In this document: in pieces, positions 1 through 11,692 of the stretch | How the letters are laid out: every line of letters starts with the position of its first letter | Position numbering within the stretch: position 1 is the first letter of the stretch | NCBI GenBank assembly: GCA_965261345.1 | Contig: OZ253449.1 | Span: forward strand, 224,001 to 288,000 | Source: Chloroflexota bacterium | GTDB lineage: Bacteria; Chloroflexota; UBA11872; VXNJ01 | Direction: 5' to 3' | DNA: 64,000 nt | Translations under genes and position numbers: made by a program | The notes under the pieces: generated by a model | Databases searched by the model: none | Told to the model about the DNA's origin: nothing | What the model saw: the letters and a program-made list of their open reading frames with translations, nothing else

Positions 1-279
1 GCGGACCTGATCGTCATCGACGACATCGGGCTGCTGCCGGTAGGCCAGGAGACCGCCGAGGCGTTCTTCCGGGTAGTTGACGCCGCCTACGAACGGCGCT
101 CGGTGGCCGTCTCCTCGAACTTGCATCCGTCGGGCTTTGACGAGATCCTGCCCAAATCACTGGCCAATGCGACCGTGGACAGACTACTCCACCACGCCCA
201 TGCCCACCCGACCTCGGGTGAGAGCATTCGCTTAACCCAGGCGATGGCCGGGCAAGGAGTGGCGCCGCTGACCGGATAA
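1..279 (+). CDS. istB: IS21 helper ATPase IstB, 3' part
   Basis: Reads ADLIVIDDIGLLP (Walker B)...VDRLLHHA...APLTG*, the same as the end of 14117-14884. Confidence 0.93.
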   Translation, partial: ADLIVIDDIGLLPVGQETAEAFFRVVDAAYERRSVAVSSNLHPSGFDEILPKSLANATVDRLLHHAHAHPTSGESIRLTQAMAGQGVAPLTG

Positions 280-799
280 CCCTTGCCCGAAGTGATGAAA
301 TGCTCGTCGCGGTAACGATTGCAGCGGCCCCGTCCAATACCGGATCCGGGCCGCTGCCGTGCATGCGGGCAAATTGGACGGTCTGCGCCACGGCAGGCCG
401 CCTCAACCTGCCCGCCCGGAAATCGAATGCGGGAAAAGCGCCCCCGCCGCTGCGGGCCGATTGACGCCATGCGGCCCCCAATTCAGTCGATATAGACAAC
501 ATCTGCAAAAAGCATGGCCGCCAGGAGGCCCATACAGCGGTTCTGACGGGCGGTTGTGACCCCGGACCCTTGGCGCAAACCGGTTTGTGGCGGGCAGCTT
601 TGGCCAAAATCGGGGTAGGAACAACTGACGCCGCCGCCGGAGAGGAGGTGTTCGGATCAGCCTGCGGCAGGGCGTCCAATTAGAGAAATCAGGCCGGTCG
701 CGGCGCCTTCAACAAACTGCCCACGCATGGGCAGTTTGTTGGCCACCTATGTGCAGAGATACATGTCCGCCGGCGGGCACTTCTCAATGTCCGCGAACA
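1..799 (+). mobile_element. IS21-family element, right part (runs off the window start); near-identical to 14606-15404
   Basis: Matches 14606-15404 except one substitution noticed (catccgtcg vs catccatcg). Ends in ...AATGTCCGCGAACA, after which the two copies diverge. Confidence 0.93.
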
Positions 800-1745
800 G
801 CGAGACACTCCCGGCATTAAGCATGTGCCGGGAGCTTGTCAACGCGGAACTGTCGCCGATTTCACTGAGCGTTTATTCGCAGGACATCATCGACGACCTG
901 AGCAAGTTCAAGGAGCGGGCGCCACCACTCACGTGTTAGGCGTCCTGCCCAAGATGCTGCTTAAGGCCCCGGGATTGAAACGCAAGGCCCGCAGCATCGA
1001 TACTCTCCTGGATCGGGTCTTGAGCGTCCATACCCCTGCCCAGCGGGCGGGCTGCCCGCGGGATCTTGCCGACGACCGGCTCAGCCTGCACGCGAGCGAT
1101 CCGCAGTTCCTGCCGGGATCGAACCGGCGATTTGCGCTTTCGGCGCCGCTGATTGCCAGTGTTTACCTTGGCGATGCCCTCAAATTCGCCGTATACAACA
1201 TGGCGTCGCGGCCAGAGATTTATGAACGAATCCAGGCTGAGGCCGATGCCCTGTTCGATGGCGGCGATCCGGATCGCGACGAATTTACCCCGTCCGCAAA
1301 TGACGTTACGCACCGGTTCCTCATGGAATCGATGCGTATGTACCCAATCGTCCCGATGTCGGTCCGCAACGTGATGAATGCCTGCGTGGTTGAGGACTTC
1401 GTACTCGATGTCGGGTCGCGAAGCCACATCGCCCAGACACTCTCGCATTACATGCAGGAAGAATTCGCCGAACCATTCAAATTCGATATCGATCGTTTCC
1501 TTCCACCGCGCCAGGAGCATCGGGGCCCCGGTTACGCACCGTACGGACTGGGAACGCACACATGCTTGGGCACCCAGTGGATGGAATTGCAGCTGGCGAT
1601 CAACGTGCTAATGCTCACCCACTACTTTGAGATCATGGTGTCACCCGAAAACTTCAAGCTGAAAATCAACCCCTATCCGTCGCTGTCACCGAGCAAGCAG
1701 CTCAATTACCACCTGGCCGCTCGCAGGCGTGAAATACCGGCCTAA
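800..1745 (+). pseudogene. Cytochrome P450, 5'-truncated by IS21, frameshift near 920
   Basis: ExxR (ESMR), FAEPFKFDIDRF and heme motif PYGLGTHTCLG. Coding sequence starts directly at the IS end and changes frame near 920. Confidence 0.85.
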
Positions 1746-1877
1746 GACGCTTTCGCTGAATTAGCCCTCGGCTCGTCTGCCGTTTGCTACCCAACCTTCG
1801 ACCAGGACCTGGTCGCATATGGCAGGGAATCTCTGGGGCGCGGCCGCCGATAACTTCACCGCGGCACCGTTAGCCGC

Positions 1878-4349
1878 TTAAGTTGAGGCTTGTCCCTGAT
1901 CGTGACGCCTGTGAACTTCGTCGATCGCCACGTCGAGATCAGCCCACAGGCGATCCACCATTGAACGCAGCCGCATGTTCTGGTAGGCGCCCCAAACGGT
2001 CATCGCCGGCGGCACCACCAGGATCGAGAAGAGAAGCGAATAGAAGATCGTGATCGCCGCCGTAAGGCCAAACTGCTGTGAGGCGGCCAGCGGCGCAAGC
2101 GCCAACATCCCGAGCCCGAGCGCGGTCGTTAAGCCTGAACCCAGCAACGCCGACCCGGTGATCGATAGTGTCCGCACCGCGGCGGTCTCCGGATTGCGGG
2201 TTTTTGCAAATTCCTCCCGGTAGCGGTGAATGACATGAATCGTGTAGTCGATCCCAATCCCAATAGAAAGCGCGGTGATGATCGAGGTGATAAGCGTATA
2301 CGGGATCCCCAGCAGCGCCATGGTGCCCAGGACCGAGATAAGCACCAGCACGATAGGTCCGACCGCAACGATCGAGAGCATCGGCTGGCGCAGCGTCACC
2401 CAGAAGAAAACGGCCAGGATCGTTATGGCCGCCGCAATGGTGGTGGCTATCGACTCGGTTTGCCGCTCGGTGATCGAATCGGTGACCGTGATCGAGATGA
2501 CGCCGTTAGAAGTTGCCGTAACGGAGTCATCGTCACCCAACCAGAGTACTTCGATTTCCTCTTGGAGAACCTGCGCTTGCCCGGGATTGTCTGAGTAGGT
2601 CGGGAACTGCAGCAGGATTGCATCGATGCCGTCCGGGTTGTTTACCAGCAGTCGCCCAAGGGCGGGGTCCTTGGCCCCCAGCTGGTCCAACAACTCCTGC
2701 ATCAGTCCCTGGTCAACATCCACCCCGGCGGAAGCCCCACGGAGTAGGGCGGCCAATTCCGGGTCGTACTTGTCGCCCGGTTCGCCGCTATCGCTGGTCC
2801 AATCGCGCACAAGCAATTCATACGTTGCCAGAATCGGTCCCGCTGCCGCCCCCGGCCGGGCCGATTCTTGTCCGAATGCGGTAGTTAGATCTCGCAGGTT
2901 CAATAGCGTGCGGGTCTCGGTGGCCTCGGCCCTGATCAGCACCGTTGCCAACTCGGTCGACCCGCCGACGGCCTCATTGAGGGTGTCCATGTCCTCGAGC
3001 ACGCTTCCGTCACGCGGCAGGATGTCACGGATACTAAATTCCGACTCGATCCCGGTTGCCGCAATCCCCAGCGCTATGGTCACCGCAAGCACGCCCAGAA
3101 GATACGGCGCCGGCCGGTTGGTAACGCTCCGACCCAGCAACTCCGCCGCGCGTTCAATTCCCGGTAGAGCCTGCGAGACCGGGCGCGGCGTGGCCAACGT
3201 CCCGCGCGCTTCGCGCCGCCGGTCGATGATCATCCGGCCGGCTGGGAGGAGCGTTAGCATCACGATTAGGCTCAAGCCCACGCCCAGGCCCGCTATGACG
3301 CCAAAGTCGCCGACGATGCCGATTGGGGAAAACTTGCTCGCAAACAAGCTGACCATGGTTGTTATGGCGGCCAGTATCAGCGGGACGATAACGATACGCA
3401 GTCCGATGCGGACCGATTCCACCACCGGCTCACCGGCGCTGCGCTGTTCGCGGTAGTGCGTAACGATCTGGATCGCATAGTCCACCGAGAGGCCGATTAT
3501 GATGATCGGCACCAACGTCGTTAGCGAATTTGGAGGACCGGTTAGCCCAAGCGCATTCGGTCCGAGAAAGCCCTCCACGCCGATGATCCAGACCAGCGCC
3601 ATAACCAATCCGGCCAAGGTGAGCAGGACATCTGCGGCGGTGCGCAGGAATAGAACCAGCAGGGCTACGATCAGCAGCAGCGCCAACCCCGTCACCGGCA
3701 ACATCCCCACCTCGGTGGCTTCCTGGTATTCGTCCTCGATTACCGTGGGTGAAATGCTGCTCGCCCGCAGCGGCCCTGCGTCTGCGACCGCGAGTGCGTT
3801 TATGTGGCGTTCGGCCTCGGCAACCCGCTCGTCGCCGGTCTCGCGCAGCCGGATTGTGGCAATCGCGACTGGGACTTCATCGGCGTCGGTACCGGTCAGC
3901 GCATCAAGCGCCACCCCGATCGGCGGAACACCGCGGACCGAGTCGATATCAGCTTGCGTGACCGAATCAAGAGCGTCAACCTGTAGCACGGCTTGAACCA
4001 GCAATGAGGGCGCGATGATCGCATCGTCAGCCACCAGGAGTTCGGCAACGCTCGGCTCGCCTGAGATCTGCTCTATCAGAGCGGCCATCTGCGCCAGACC
4101 GGCGGGAGTGAGCGCTTCGCCGCGGAAGAGGAGCGTTACGACGCTGGCCTCGCCGGAATCTCCGAATAGCCGATCAACCGCGTCGAGTGTTTCTCGAACG
4201 GGGCCCCTGGGAAGCATTGCCTCGGGCGATGGCGGCGGTGCGCGCAACCCCGCCCCGGCGGCCAGCGCAAAGGTAATTACGACCAGGACTGCGATGTTCA
4301 GCCACGGGCGGGCCGTAACTAGCCGACTAAAAATACCCAGCAGAATCAT
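1878..4349 (-). CDS. MMPL/RND-family transporter
   Basis: 823 aa with two repeats of 1+5 TM helices and GLSVDYAIQ / GIGIDYTIH motifs. Confidence 0.88.
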   Translation of the reverse strand: MILLGIFSRLVTARPWLNIAVLVVITFALAAGAGLRAPPPSPEAMLPRGPVRETLDAVDRLFGDSGEASVVTLLFRGEALTPAGLAQMAALIEQISGEPSVAELLVADDAIIAPSLLVQAVLQVDALDSVTQADIDSVRGVPPIGVALDALTGTDADEVPVAIATIRLRETGDERVAEAERHINALAVADAGPLRASSISPTVIEDEYQEATEVGMLPVTGLALLLIVALLVLFLRTAADVLLTLAGLVMALVWIIGVEGFLGPNALGLTGPPNSLTTLVPIIIIGLSVDYAIQIVTHYREQRSAGEPVVESVRIGLRIVIVPLILAAITTMVSLFASKFSPIGIVGDFGVIAGLGVGLSLIVMLTLLPAGRMIIDRRREARGTLATPRPVSQALPGIERAAELLGRSVTNRPAPYLLGVLAVTIALGIAATGIESEFSIRDILPRDGSVLEDMDTLNEAVGGSTELATVLIRAEATETRTLLNLRDLTTAFGQESARPGAAAGPILATYELLVRDWTSDSGEPGDKYDPELAALLRGASAGVDVDQGLMQELLDQLGAKDPALGRLLVNNPDGIDAILLQFPTYSDNPGQAQVLQEEIEVLWLGDDDSVTATSNGVISITVTDSITERQTESIATTIAAAITILAVFFWVTLRQPMLSIVAVGPIVLVLISVLGTMALLGIPYTLITSIITALSIGIGIDYTIHVIHRYREEFAKTRNPETAAVRTLSITGSALLGSGLTTALGLGMLALAPLAASQQFGLTAAITIFYSLLFSILVVPPAMTVWGAYQNMRLRSMVDRLWADLDVAIDEVHRRHDQGQAST

Positions 4350-5415
4350 GGCGATTCATTCTAATTTGGCAGCTCCCGCCCGCTGGCCGCCGCACTCTGC
4401 GGGCAGAAGCCTTGGGGGCCGGCGCCAGGCGTTCCGGATGCGCCGGTCGGCTGCCCGCGATCGGGTTGTGCCAATACGAATGCACCGATCAATTCGTTTC
4501 TCGCCACTGTCTGCCGGTCTTTCCCGGGCTCAAGCCCGGCAGACAGCAAAGGTACCGGCCATTGCCCGCCGGAAACAGAACGAATTCGCAGTCTAGAAGC
4601 GCGGCGTTTGTTGGCAAAACGATCCCGATGACGAGGCTACGCGTGTAAGGAGGGCACCGCCGCTGGCGGACTCGACCCTGGCGGAGATGTTGGGGCGTTG
4701 ACTGTGGCCAGAGTTTGGATTTCCCAACCGCGCCAGGCTGCAGGCGCATGGACTGTTCGGACCGACGTCGATCTTAATTGTTCCTGGCCAGGAAGGCGTT
4801 GGTTCCCGCGACCGCGATCGCCCTGGGCCCGGTTTCCCATCCCGATGGCCTCAAGATTGTCATCGCGATCGGTGCAAGATTGGTCTTCTTGCTGTTTTTC
4901 CTTTAAAAGAACTACGGACTTTGTGGAGTCAGAAATGCCGTTAAGTTATGACTTCTCATACAGGAGTACGCGTAGGGAGATCGATACGTCGTGCCGTCGA
5001 CGCAGGTTATTTCTGGATATGCAGGTTTAGGTTGACAGCTTGGTGTCCAATCTTTCGCCAGCCAACGGAAAACGGCCCTTTTGCAATCGACCTGCCGTTC
5101 GATCGACCGTAGTTAACGTTTTTTGGTGTTACCCGGTGGCAATGATCGTCTCGGGTGCCCAGGCCCAACAAACTCAATTCAAGTTGCGTTGAATTCCCTC
5201 TTATCTATCTACGGTGGCGATTGCCAAGTCCAACTACGGTGCCAGGTTGGCAGCGGGAGGGCGCGCCCGAGCATTGACGGGCAGTCCGGCGGAGGCGAAT
5301 GCGTTGGGCCAGATTTGGACATAGCGGGAAATCTCGCCCATTAAATGGTTGCCGGCAACTCGTATGGATGTGGCCAAAACAATTGCCGCAAATACCCGAC
5401 GAGTAAACTCTGCCC

Positions 5416-5835
5416 ATGTCGAACCATGAACACGCCGATCCAACCGTTACGGTGGTCCGCGACGTCGAGCGAGAAGTAGAGGTTCGCTCGGGCGCTATGA
5501 CGCGCATGGCGGGGGTGTCAGAGACGCTTACGGGGGCCAAGGGCATTCACCTTGCTGAGGCCACTTTGCCGCCCGGCCGCTGTTCGTCGCCGCACTACCA
5601 CACCAACTGCGAGTCAGCGATATATGTAGCTGCGGGCAATGGGGTCATGCTGTCGGGAGATGGTCTTTCTACTGAGGTGGTGATCGGCCCTGGAGACATG
5701 ATTTACATTCCGCCGGGCGCCGCCCACCAGCCGGTAAACACAAGCGACATAGAACCCTTGCGGCTCATCGTCGCACGCAATACACGGGTGGAGTTGGTTG
5801 TCGAAATGGGTGATGTCGGCCGCAAGGACTGCTAA
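5416..5835 (+). CDS. Cupin-domain protein
   Basis: Cupin motifs PHYHTNCESAIYV and GDMIYIPPGAAHQP. Confidence 0.88.
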   Translation: MSNHEHADPTVTVVRDVEREVEVRSGAMTRMAGVSETLTGAKGIHLAEATLPPGRCSSPHYHTNCESAIYVAAGNGVMLSGDGLSTEVVIGPGDMIYIPPGAAHQPVNTSDIEPLRLIVARNTRVELVVEMGDVGRKDC

Positions 5836-6178
5836 TTGCCCGCACAATAGCCTGGTCACCGGCGGCAGGAAACCATTGGCGCTTGCGCCGTACCGTCAGT
5901 GGCCAATAAGCGGGCCGTAGCGGGCAAGGCCAACGATTGATCGAATCTGGCGTTGCGACTTGCACTTAGGCTCCATCCGTCCGGCGAACACTGGCAGTTC
6001 GGAATCAGGATCGTTAAAAAAGACCCCTTAAACAACCGATAGAGCCCGGGTCGTGGAAGGTTTGCAATTAGCCATGTTATTTCCAGCGGAGCCAGTCGGA
6101 CTGCCAGCGCCTTGGGCATGTATTGGCCTAAGCCGGCCTCGCCCTTAGACTTTTCCCAGACTGGGGGAGGATGATGCG

Positions 6179-7348
6179 GTGGCAGTTAAAGACATTAACG
6201 CTCCGAAATATCGGCCGCTGGCCGAAGTCCGGAAAGAGTTTCGCGTCAAATGGTACCGGTGCCCGATCGAACACCGGGTCCTGCGTGAGCTGTCGCAGCG
6301 GAGCAATCTGCAAGGCTTCATCCAGGCGGTCGGCCACCTCGGGTTGTTTGCCATCACTGGCATGTTGGCCTATTTCTTGTGGGCGCAGCACATCTGGGCC
6401 GGGTTTGCTTTCGCGTTGTTCCTGCACGGGACGGTAGGGAGCTTCTGGGTCAGAGTTGCCGGACACGAGCTTTCACACGGTTCGGTTTTTCGAACAAAGC
6501 AGCTAAATAAATTTTTCCTTTATTTATTTAGCACTCTTAGCTGGTGGGATCCGTTCGAATACGCCGCCAGTCACACCTATCACCACCGCTATACCCTTCA
6601 CCCTGAGGGCGACCGGGAAGTCCTCCTACCCTTGAAGCCGACAGTCGGCAAGACGTTTCTGCTCCAGTTATTTACCATAAATGTCTTCACTCAACGCGGA
6701 CGTACGTTGAGCCGGGGCGGTCTCCCCTCGTCCGTGGCGATCACTCTAAAGACGGCCTTGGGCCCAGCTGGATCCGTCGTGTTTCCCAACAATGAATGGG
6801 TGTCGTCGCTTCACACTGACCAACCGGACCAGTTTCGCCGCGCGATGTGGTGGGCGCGCTGGCAATTGGCGTTCCACTCAGCAGTGATTGTGGTGGCAAT
6901 TTTCACCGGGCAATGGGTGTTGCCATTTCTGCTAACCATCTTCCCTTTTATCGGGAACTGGGCTCACTATTCGGTCACGTTGCCCCAACACTGCGGCCTA
7001 ATCGATAACGTTCAGGACTTTCGTAAGAGCGTGCGGTCGATGACCCTCATCCCGATCCTTGAATTCCTCTATTGGCGCATGAACTGGCACTGCGAGCACC
7101 ACATGTATGCAGGCGTACCGTGCTACAACTTGAAAAAACTTCACCGGGCGCTCGCTCACGACATGCCCAAGCCGCGCACCTTGATCGGTGCCTGGAAGGA
7201 AATGCTGGCAACCTGGGATCGCCAGCAGGATGATCCAGACTATCAGTACGACACTCCTCTTCCGCCAGGTGCCAGCTCCGTTCGCAGCGACCAACCACAC
7301 GAACTAGAAAGCTCTATCGGAGATCTGGCACCCAGGGAAATTCGGTAA
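6179..7348 (+). CDS. Fatty acid desaturase-family membrane di-iron enzyme
   Basis: Three His boxes (HELSH, HTYHH, HCEHH), TM segments, and GGGGAGG upstream. Confidence 0.88.
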   Translation: MAVKDINAPKYRPLAEVRKEFRVKWYRCPIEHRVLRELSQRSNLQGFIQAVGHLGLFAITGMLAYFLWAQHIWAGFAFALFLHGTVGSFWVRVAGHELSHGSVFRTKQLNKFFLYLFSTLSWWDPFEYAASHTYHHRYTLHPEGDREVLLPLKPTVGKTFLLQLFTINVFTQRGRTLSRGGLPSSVAITLKTALGPAGSVVFPNNEWVSSLHTDQPDQFRRAMWWARWQLAFHSAVIVVAIFTGQWVLPFLLTIFPFIGNWAHYSVTLPQHCGLIDNVQDFRKSVRSMTLIPILEFLYWRMNWHCEHHMYAGVPCYNLKKLHRALAHDMPKPRTLIGAWKEMLATWDRQQDDPDYQYDTPLPPGASSVRSDQPHELESSIGDLAPREIR

Positions 7349-9194
7349 CTTAGAGCCCTTTAGGCAAGACTGCGCCGAGCGAACACCGGCGGGACTGGTG
7401 GGCATCTCTGATGACCGGATATAAATTGGGCGCCCTTGGAGTTGTTTTACGAAGCCCGGCGGCCAACTGCTCGATTCCGCGATTGCTGCAATCATGGCAG
7501 CAGCCGAATTCGGCTTCCCTTTTTGGCACGAGCCGCAGTAACAACGACGCCGCATGCATCGAGCATCAAATGCTCCTGCGGCCGCCATAGGACTGATTTC
7601 TTCCGTGGTGGGCGGCCCCGCAATCGCGCCAATTGGCCAGCCCAGCTCTGCAAAATGGATCGGTTACCGGGCGAACGTAAGACAAACGCCGATACGCAGG
7701 AGACCTGGAACGAGCCTGACGCTTCCAATGCCACCCAACAGATACCCGCGTAAAAGCATCGGTCCGGGATCTGCGTTTGAGGTCAACTACCCAGCCTGGA
7801 TGGCAGTTTCGGCTGTTGCCGCACTTCCACCGCTGCCCTTGGCCTTGATGTTGAAGCGTCCAGGTTGTGTCCCAATAGTTATGCAAAAAGCAGGCCCGTA
7901 AAAAGAAGCGGGCCACGGCGTCTCCTTAAATTCTTGAGTTAGCACAACTCGGAGCCTTAAGGGAGGCAACCAGTGACCCGATTGAAGAATAACCACAACG
8001 CTATTGACTGGCGCCAAGAGCTCAAAAGTGATCCCGAGCTCTTCCGCGGCATCATCCACCAGACCGTCCAGGAGATCGGAGGAAGCCGAGATGGACGAGG
8101 CGTTGGGAGCCGGTAAGAGTGAGCGTACCGCTGGCCGTCGCGGCTACCGGAGCGGCTACTACGGCCGCGGACTTATCACCCGGGTGGGCAAGATCAGACT
8201 CAGGGTGCTGACAGGACCGCCAGGGACGCTTTAGCACCGAGATCTTTAAAGCGCTACCAGCGCAGTGAAAAAGCCTTGGTGAGCGCCCTGGCTAAAGATG
8301 TACGTCCAGGGGGTATCGACCAGGAAAGTCAAGGCCATTACCGAAGAGCTGTGTGGTCACGCATTCTGAAGCCTCCAACATCTCCCGGATTAACAAGCAG
8401 CTAGATGCCGCTCTGGAAATTGCCCGAGCGCCCACTGGAGGCCAACTATCCCTACCTGATCCTTGATGCCCGCTACGAAAAGGTACGCGAGGAGGGAGTC
8501 ATCCGGTCCCAGGCGGTCCAGATCGCCATCGGCATCAACTGGGAGGGCAGACGCTCGGTACTGGCAGTCGAGCTGGTAAACCGTGAGAGTAAGAGCAGCT
8601 GGCGCGACTTTCTGTCCCGGATGCGCGATCGCGGCCTCAGCGCCGTGCAGTTTGTCGTTACCGATAACCACGCCGGACTAAAGCAGGCGATCGCCGAGTA
8701 CTTACCCGAAGCCATCTGGCAACGCTGCTATGTCCACTTCCTGCGCAATGCGCGCGACTACCTGCCGCGAAGGGCCGATGACGACTGTCTCCAAGAACTT
8801 CGCTGGCTCTACGATCGGCGCGATCTCTCCGAGGCCCGTCGGGACCTCTTAGCCTGGCTGGGCAAATGGCAGGGCCGCTATCCCAGGCTCTGCGACTGGG
8901 TAGAGAGCGGCATTGAGGAGACTTTCAGCTTTTACCGTCTGCCGCGGCAGCACTACAAGCACCTTAAATCCACCAACATGCTGGAGCGGTTAAACGAGGA
9001 GATAAAGCGCCGGACGCACGTGGTGCGGATCTTTCTTGGGTCGTGCGAGTTGCCTGCGCTTGGTCAGGGCGCTTGCGGTCGAACAGCACGAGAACTGGTG
9101 TTCGACGGCAGTTACTTTTGCAGAACTGACGACAGTTACTTTTGCAGCCCTATTGATATGACTGATTGGAGATCTCCCGACTGGAGACGCCGAT

Positions 9195-10685
9195 TTGGTC
9201 ACCGATCGACAAGTCACACTACTGAGGCTGCAACTGATGCAAGGCAAGAAGATGGCCACCGCCGCGGCGGTGGCCGGGATGAGCGCGCGCTCGGGCCATA
9301 ACTGGCGCGAAGGGAAGCTCCCGTCCGATAGCAAAAGGCAAGATCGCCACTGGCGCACCCACCCCGATCCCTTCGGAGGGGTATGGGAAGAGGAGGTCGT
9401 GCCGCTCCTGCAAAGCGACCGCAACGGGGTACTGCAGGCCACCACCATCCTGGAGCGGCTCTGCGGCAAGTACCCGGATCGGTTCTCGTCAGCACAACTG
9501 CGCACCCTGCAGCGCCGGGTCCGCGATTGGCGGGCGCTCTCAGGCCCCGACCGGGAGGTCTACTTCCCCCAGGTCCATCCGCCGGGAAGGGAGGCGCAGC
9601 TGGACTTCACCAGCGCCAGCAAGCTGGAGGTGACGATCGCCGGGACGCCCTTCCCGCATCTCCTGTTCGAGTTCGTGCTCTCCCACTCCGGCTGGCGCTA
9701 CGTCGAGCTTTCCTCGACCGAGAGCTTCATGTCCCTCAAGTCGGGATTGCAGCACGCTCTCTACGAGCTGGGCGGGACCCCGCAGATCATCCGTTCCGAC
9801 AACCTCTCGGCGGTCACCCACGAGCTGCGGAAGACCGGCGGCCGGACCCTGAACCGGACCTATCGCCAGCTTCTGGAGCACTACGGCTTAAAGTCAACTC
9901 GCACCAATCCGCGCAAGGCGCACGAGAACGGGGTCGTGGAGCAGGCCCACCGGCGGATGAAGAATCTTTTGCGGCAGGAGCTGCTGCTGCGCGGGAGTTC
10001 GGACTTTTACTGCGTCGGCGACTACCGGGACTTCGTGCTGGCGATAGTCGACAAAAAGAACCGGGCGGCAGCGGCCAGGACGGAGATTGAGCGCTCACAC
10101 CTTCGGCCCCTACCGCCGACTCCCCTGCCCGATTACGTCACGTACCAGGCTCGGGTGCGCAAATGGAGCACCATCAGGGTCTCCAATCGCACCTACACGG
10201 TACCACCGCGCCTGATCGGGCAAAAGGTGGAAGCCCGTCTCTACCCCGAGCACCTGGACGTCTACTACAAGGGAAGTTTCATCGAGCGCATCGAGCGCGT
10301 CAGCGGCGCCCGGCGCGCCCGCGTCAATTACCGCCACGTAATCGCCTCGCTGGTTAGGAAACCGGGCGCATTTGCCCGCTACCGCTGGCGCGACCAGCTC
10401 TTTCCCACCCTTACCTTCCGCCGCGCCTACGATGCGCTCCTGGGGTGGCGCGGCCGGCACAGCGCCGACGTCAATTACCTGCGCATCCTGCAACTGGCGG
10501 CCACAACCATGGAGGCCGACGTGGCCAGGGCCCTGGCCGGACTCCTGGATAAGGGCGAGCGCTTCGACTGTCAGGACGTGCGCGATCTGGTCGCGCCGCG
10601 CTCGCCGTCGATACCCGAGCTGGCATCCCTGGCAACACCCGACCTGGCAATCTACGATCGTTTGCTTACCGGGGCCCGACGATGA
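9195..10685 (+). CDS. istA: IS21 transposase IstA
   Basis: 496 aa with DDE motifs AQLDFT, RSDNL and ENGVVE; overlaps istB (ATGA). Confidence 0.95.
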   Translation: MVTDRQVTLLRLQLMQGKKMATAAAVAGMSARSGHNWREGKLPSDSKRQDRHWRTHPDPFGGVWEEEVVPLLQSDRNGVLQATTILERLCGKYPDRFSSAQLRTLQRRVRDWRALSGPDREVYFPQVHPPGREAQLDFTSASKLEVTIAGTPFPHLLFEFVLSHSGWRYVELSSTESFMSLKSGLQHALYELGGTPQIIRSDNLSAVTHELRKTGGRTLNRTYRQLLEHYGLKSTRTNPRKAHENGVVEQAHRRMKNLLRQELLLRGSSDFYCVGDYRDFVLAIVDKKNRAAAARTEIERSHLRPLPPTPLPDYVTYQARVRKWSTIRVSNRTYTVPPRLIGQKVEARLYPEHLDVYYKGSFIERIERVSGARRARVNYRHVIASLVRKPGAFARYRWRDQLFPTLTFRRAYDALLGWRGRHSADVNYLRILQLAATTMEADVARALAGLLDKGERFDCQDVRDLVAPRSPSIPELASLATPDLAIYDRLLTGARR

Positions 10686-11455
10686 CCGCGCCATCCGTTG
10701 CCGCCCGGCAGATAAAGCTCATGTGCAAGGAGCTGCGGCTGCCCACGATCGGGACCGAGGCGGTTGAGCGCTTCGTAGATGCCGGTCATGTCGACGCGCT
10801 CGATACCCTGCTCGAAGTCTTCTGCCAGGAGATGGACGATCGGCGCCAGCGCCGGGTGGACCGGCTGCGCAAGTCCTCCAAGCTCCCGCCGGGGAAGACC
10901 TGGGACAACTTCGATCGCCAGAACCTGCCGCCGCCGCTCAGCGCCCAGCTCCAGGACCTGCTCGAGGGTCAGTTCCTGGACGGGGCCGTCAACGTCCTGG
11001 CCTTCGGCCTGCCCGGGACCGGCAAGACCCATGCCCTGTGTGCGATCGGACACAAGCTGGTCGAGAACGGCCGATCGGTGCTGTTTGCACCCGCCTACCG
11101 GCTGGTGCAGGAACTTCTGGCGGCCAAGCGCGACCTGGAACTGCCCCGGCTGTTGCGCAAGCTCGACTACATCGACCTGATCATCATCGACGATCTGGGT
11201 TACCTGCCGCAGGGGACCGATGAGGCCGAGGTGCTGTTTACGTTGATCGCCGAGCGCTACGAGCGGCGCTCGATTGGGATCACCTCGAACCTGGTCTTTA
11301 GCGAATGGGGCAAGATCTTTCCCAACCCGATGGCCACCGCGGCGGCGGCCGACCGAATCGTCCATCACGCCGTGGTGCTTGAATTTGACGTACCCAGTTA
11401 CCGGACTGGGCTAGAGAAGGAGGAAATAATCCGGGAGAAAACTCTGCAAAAGTAA
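10682..11455 (+). CDS. istB: IS21 ATPase IstB
   Basis: Walker A GLPGTGKT, Walker B IIIDDLGY, TSN and DRIVHH. Confidence 0.95.
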   Translation: MTAPSVAARQIKLMCKELRLPTIGTEAVERFVDAGHVDALDTLLEVFCQEMDDRRQRRVDRLRKSSKLPPGKTWDNFDRQNLPPPLSAQLQDLLEGQFLDGAVNVLAFGLPGTGKTHALCAIGHKLVENGRSVLFAPAYRLVQELLAAKRDLELPRLLRKLDYIDLIIIDDLGYLPQGTDEAEVLFTLIAERYERRSIGITSNLVFSEWGKIFPNPMATAAAADRIVHHAVVLEFDVPSYRTGLEKEEIIREKTLQK

Positions 11456-11692
11456 CTGACGTTCCCTGCAGAAGTAACCGGCGTTGTTCAACTGGATTGA
11501 GGCCAGCCGCTACCTGAACATGGCATTCCTGAAAGAGCAACGCAGAGAACTGGAGTTGATCGTTACCGCCTAAATTTCAGCGAACAATCAAGCTAAATTC
11601 GATAAGGTGACGCCAAAGCTAATTGCAGAACTTTCGGCACATAACTAGCGTCCAAACCTTGGTGGGTTCAAGATGCTTTCAGGCGTGAAGGG

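Larger units (their letters stand above)
9099..11490 (+). mobile_element. IS21-family element, intact
   Basis: TG...CA IRs TGTTCGACGGCAGTTACTTTTGCAG / rc TGAACAACGCCGGTTACTTCTGCAG with internal repeats. Target duplication ACTGG at 9094-9098 and 11491-11495. Confidence 0.95.
7973..11573 (+). pseudogene. IS256 transposase, multiply frameshifted and split by IS21
   Basis: Motifs YPYLILDARYEKVR, WQRCYVHFLRN and STNMLERLNEEIKRRT. The C-terminus WIEASRYLNM resumes after 11490. Confidence 0.9.
7863..11646 (+). mobile_element. IS256-family element interrupted by IS21
   Basis: Imperfect IRs GGTTGTGTCCCAATAGTTATGCAA / rc AGTTATGTGCCGAAAGTTCTGCAA. 8-bp target duplication AGCGTCCA at 7855-7862 and 11647-11654. 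Confidence 0.9.

Noticed and set aside
14-679. 221-aa minus-strand ORF, repeated at 14619-15284, as an IS21 passenger gene
   Set aside because: It overlaps istB antisense, has low-complexity Arg/Pro/Ala composition and no motif; the repeat only reflects the IS duplication.
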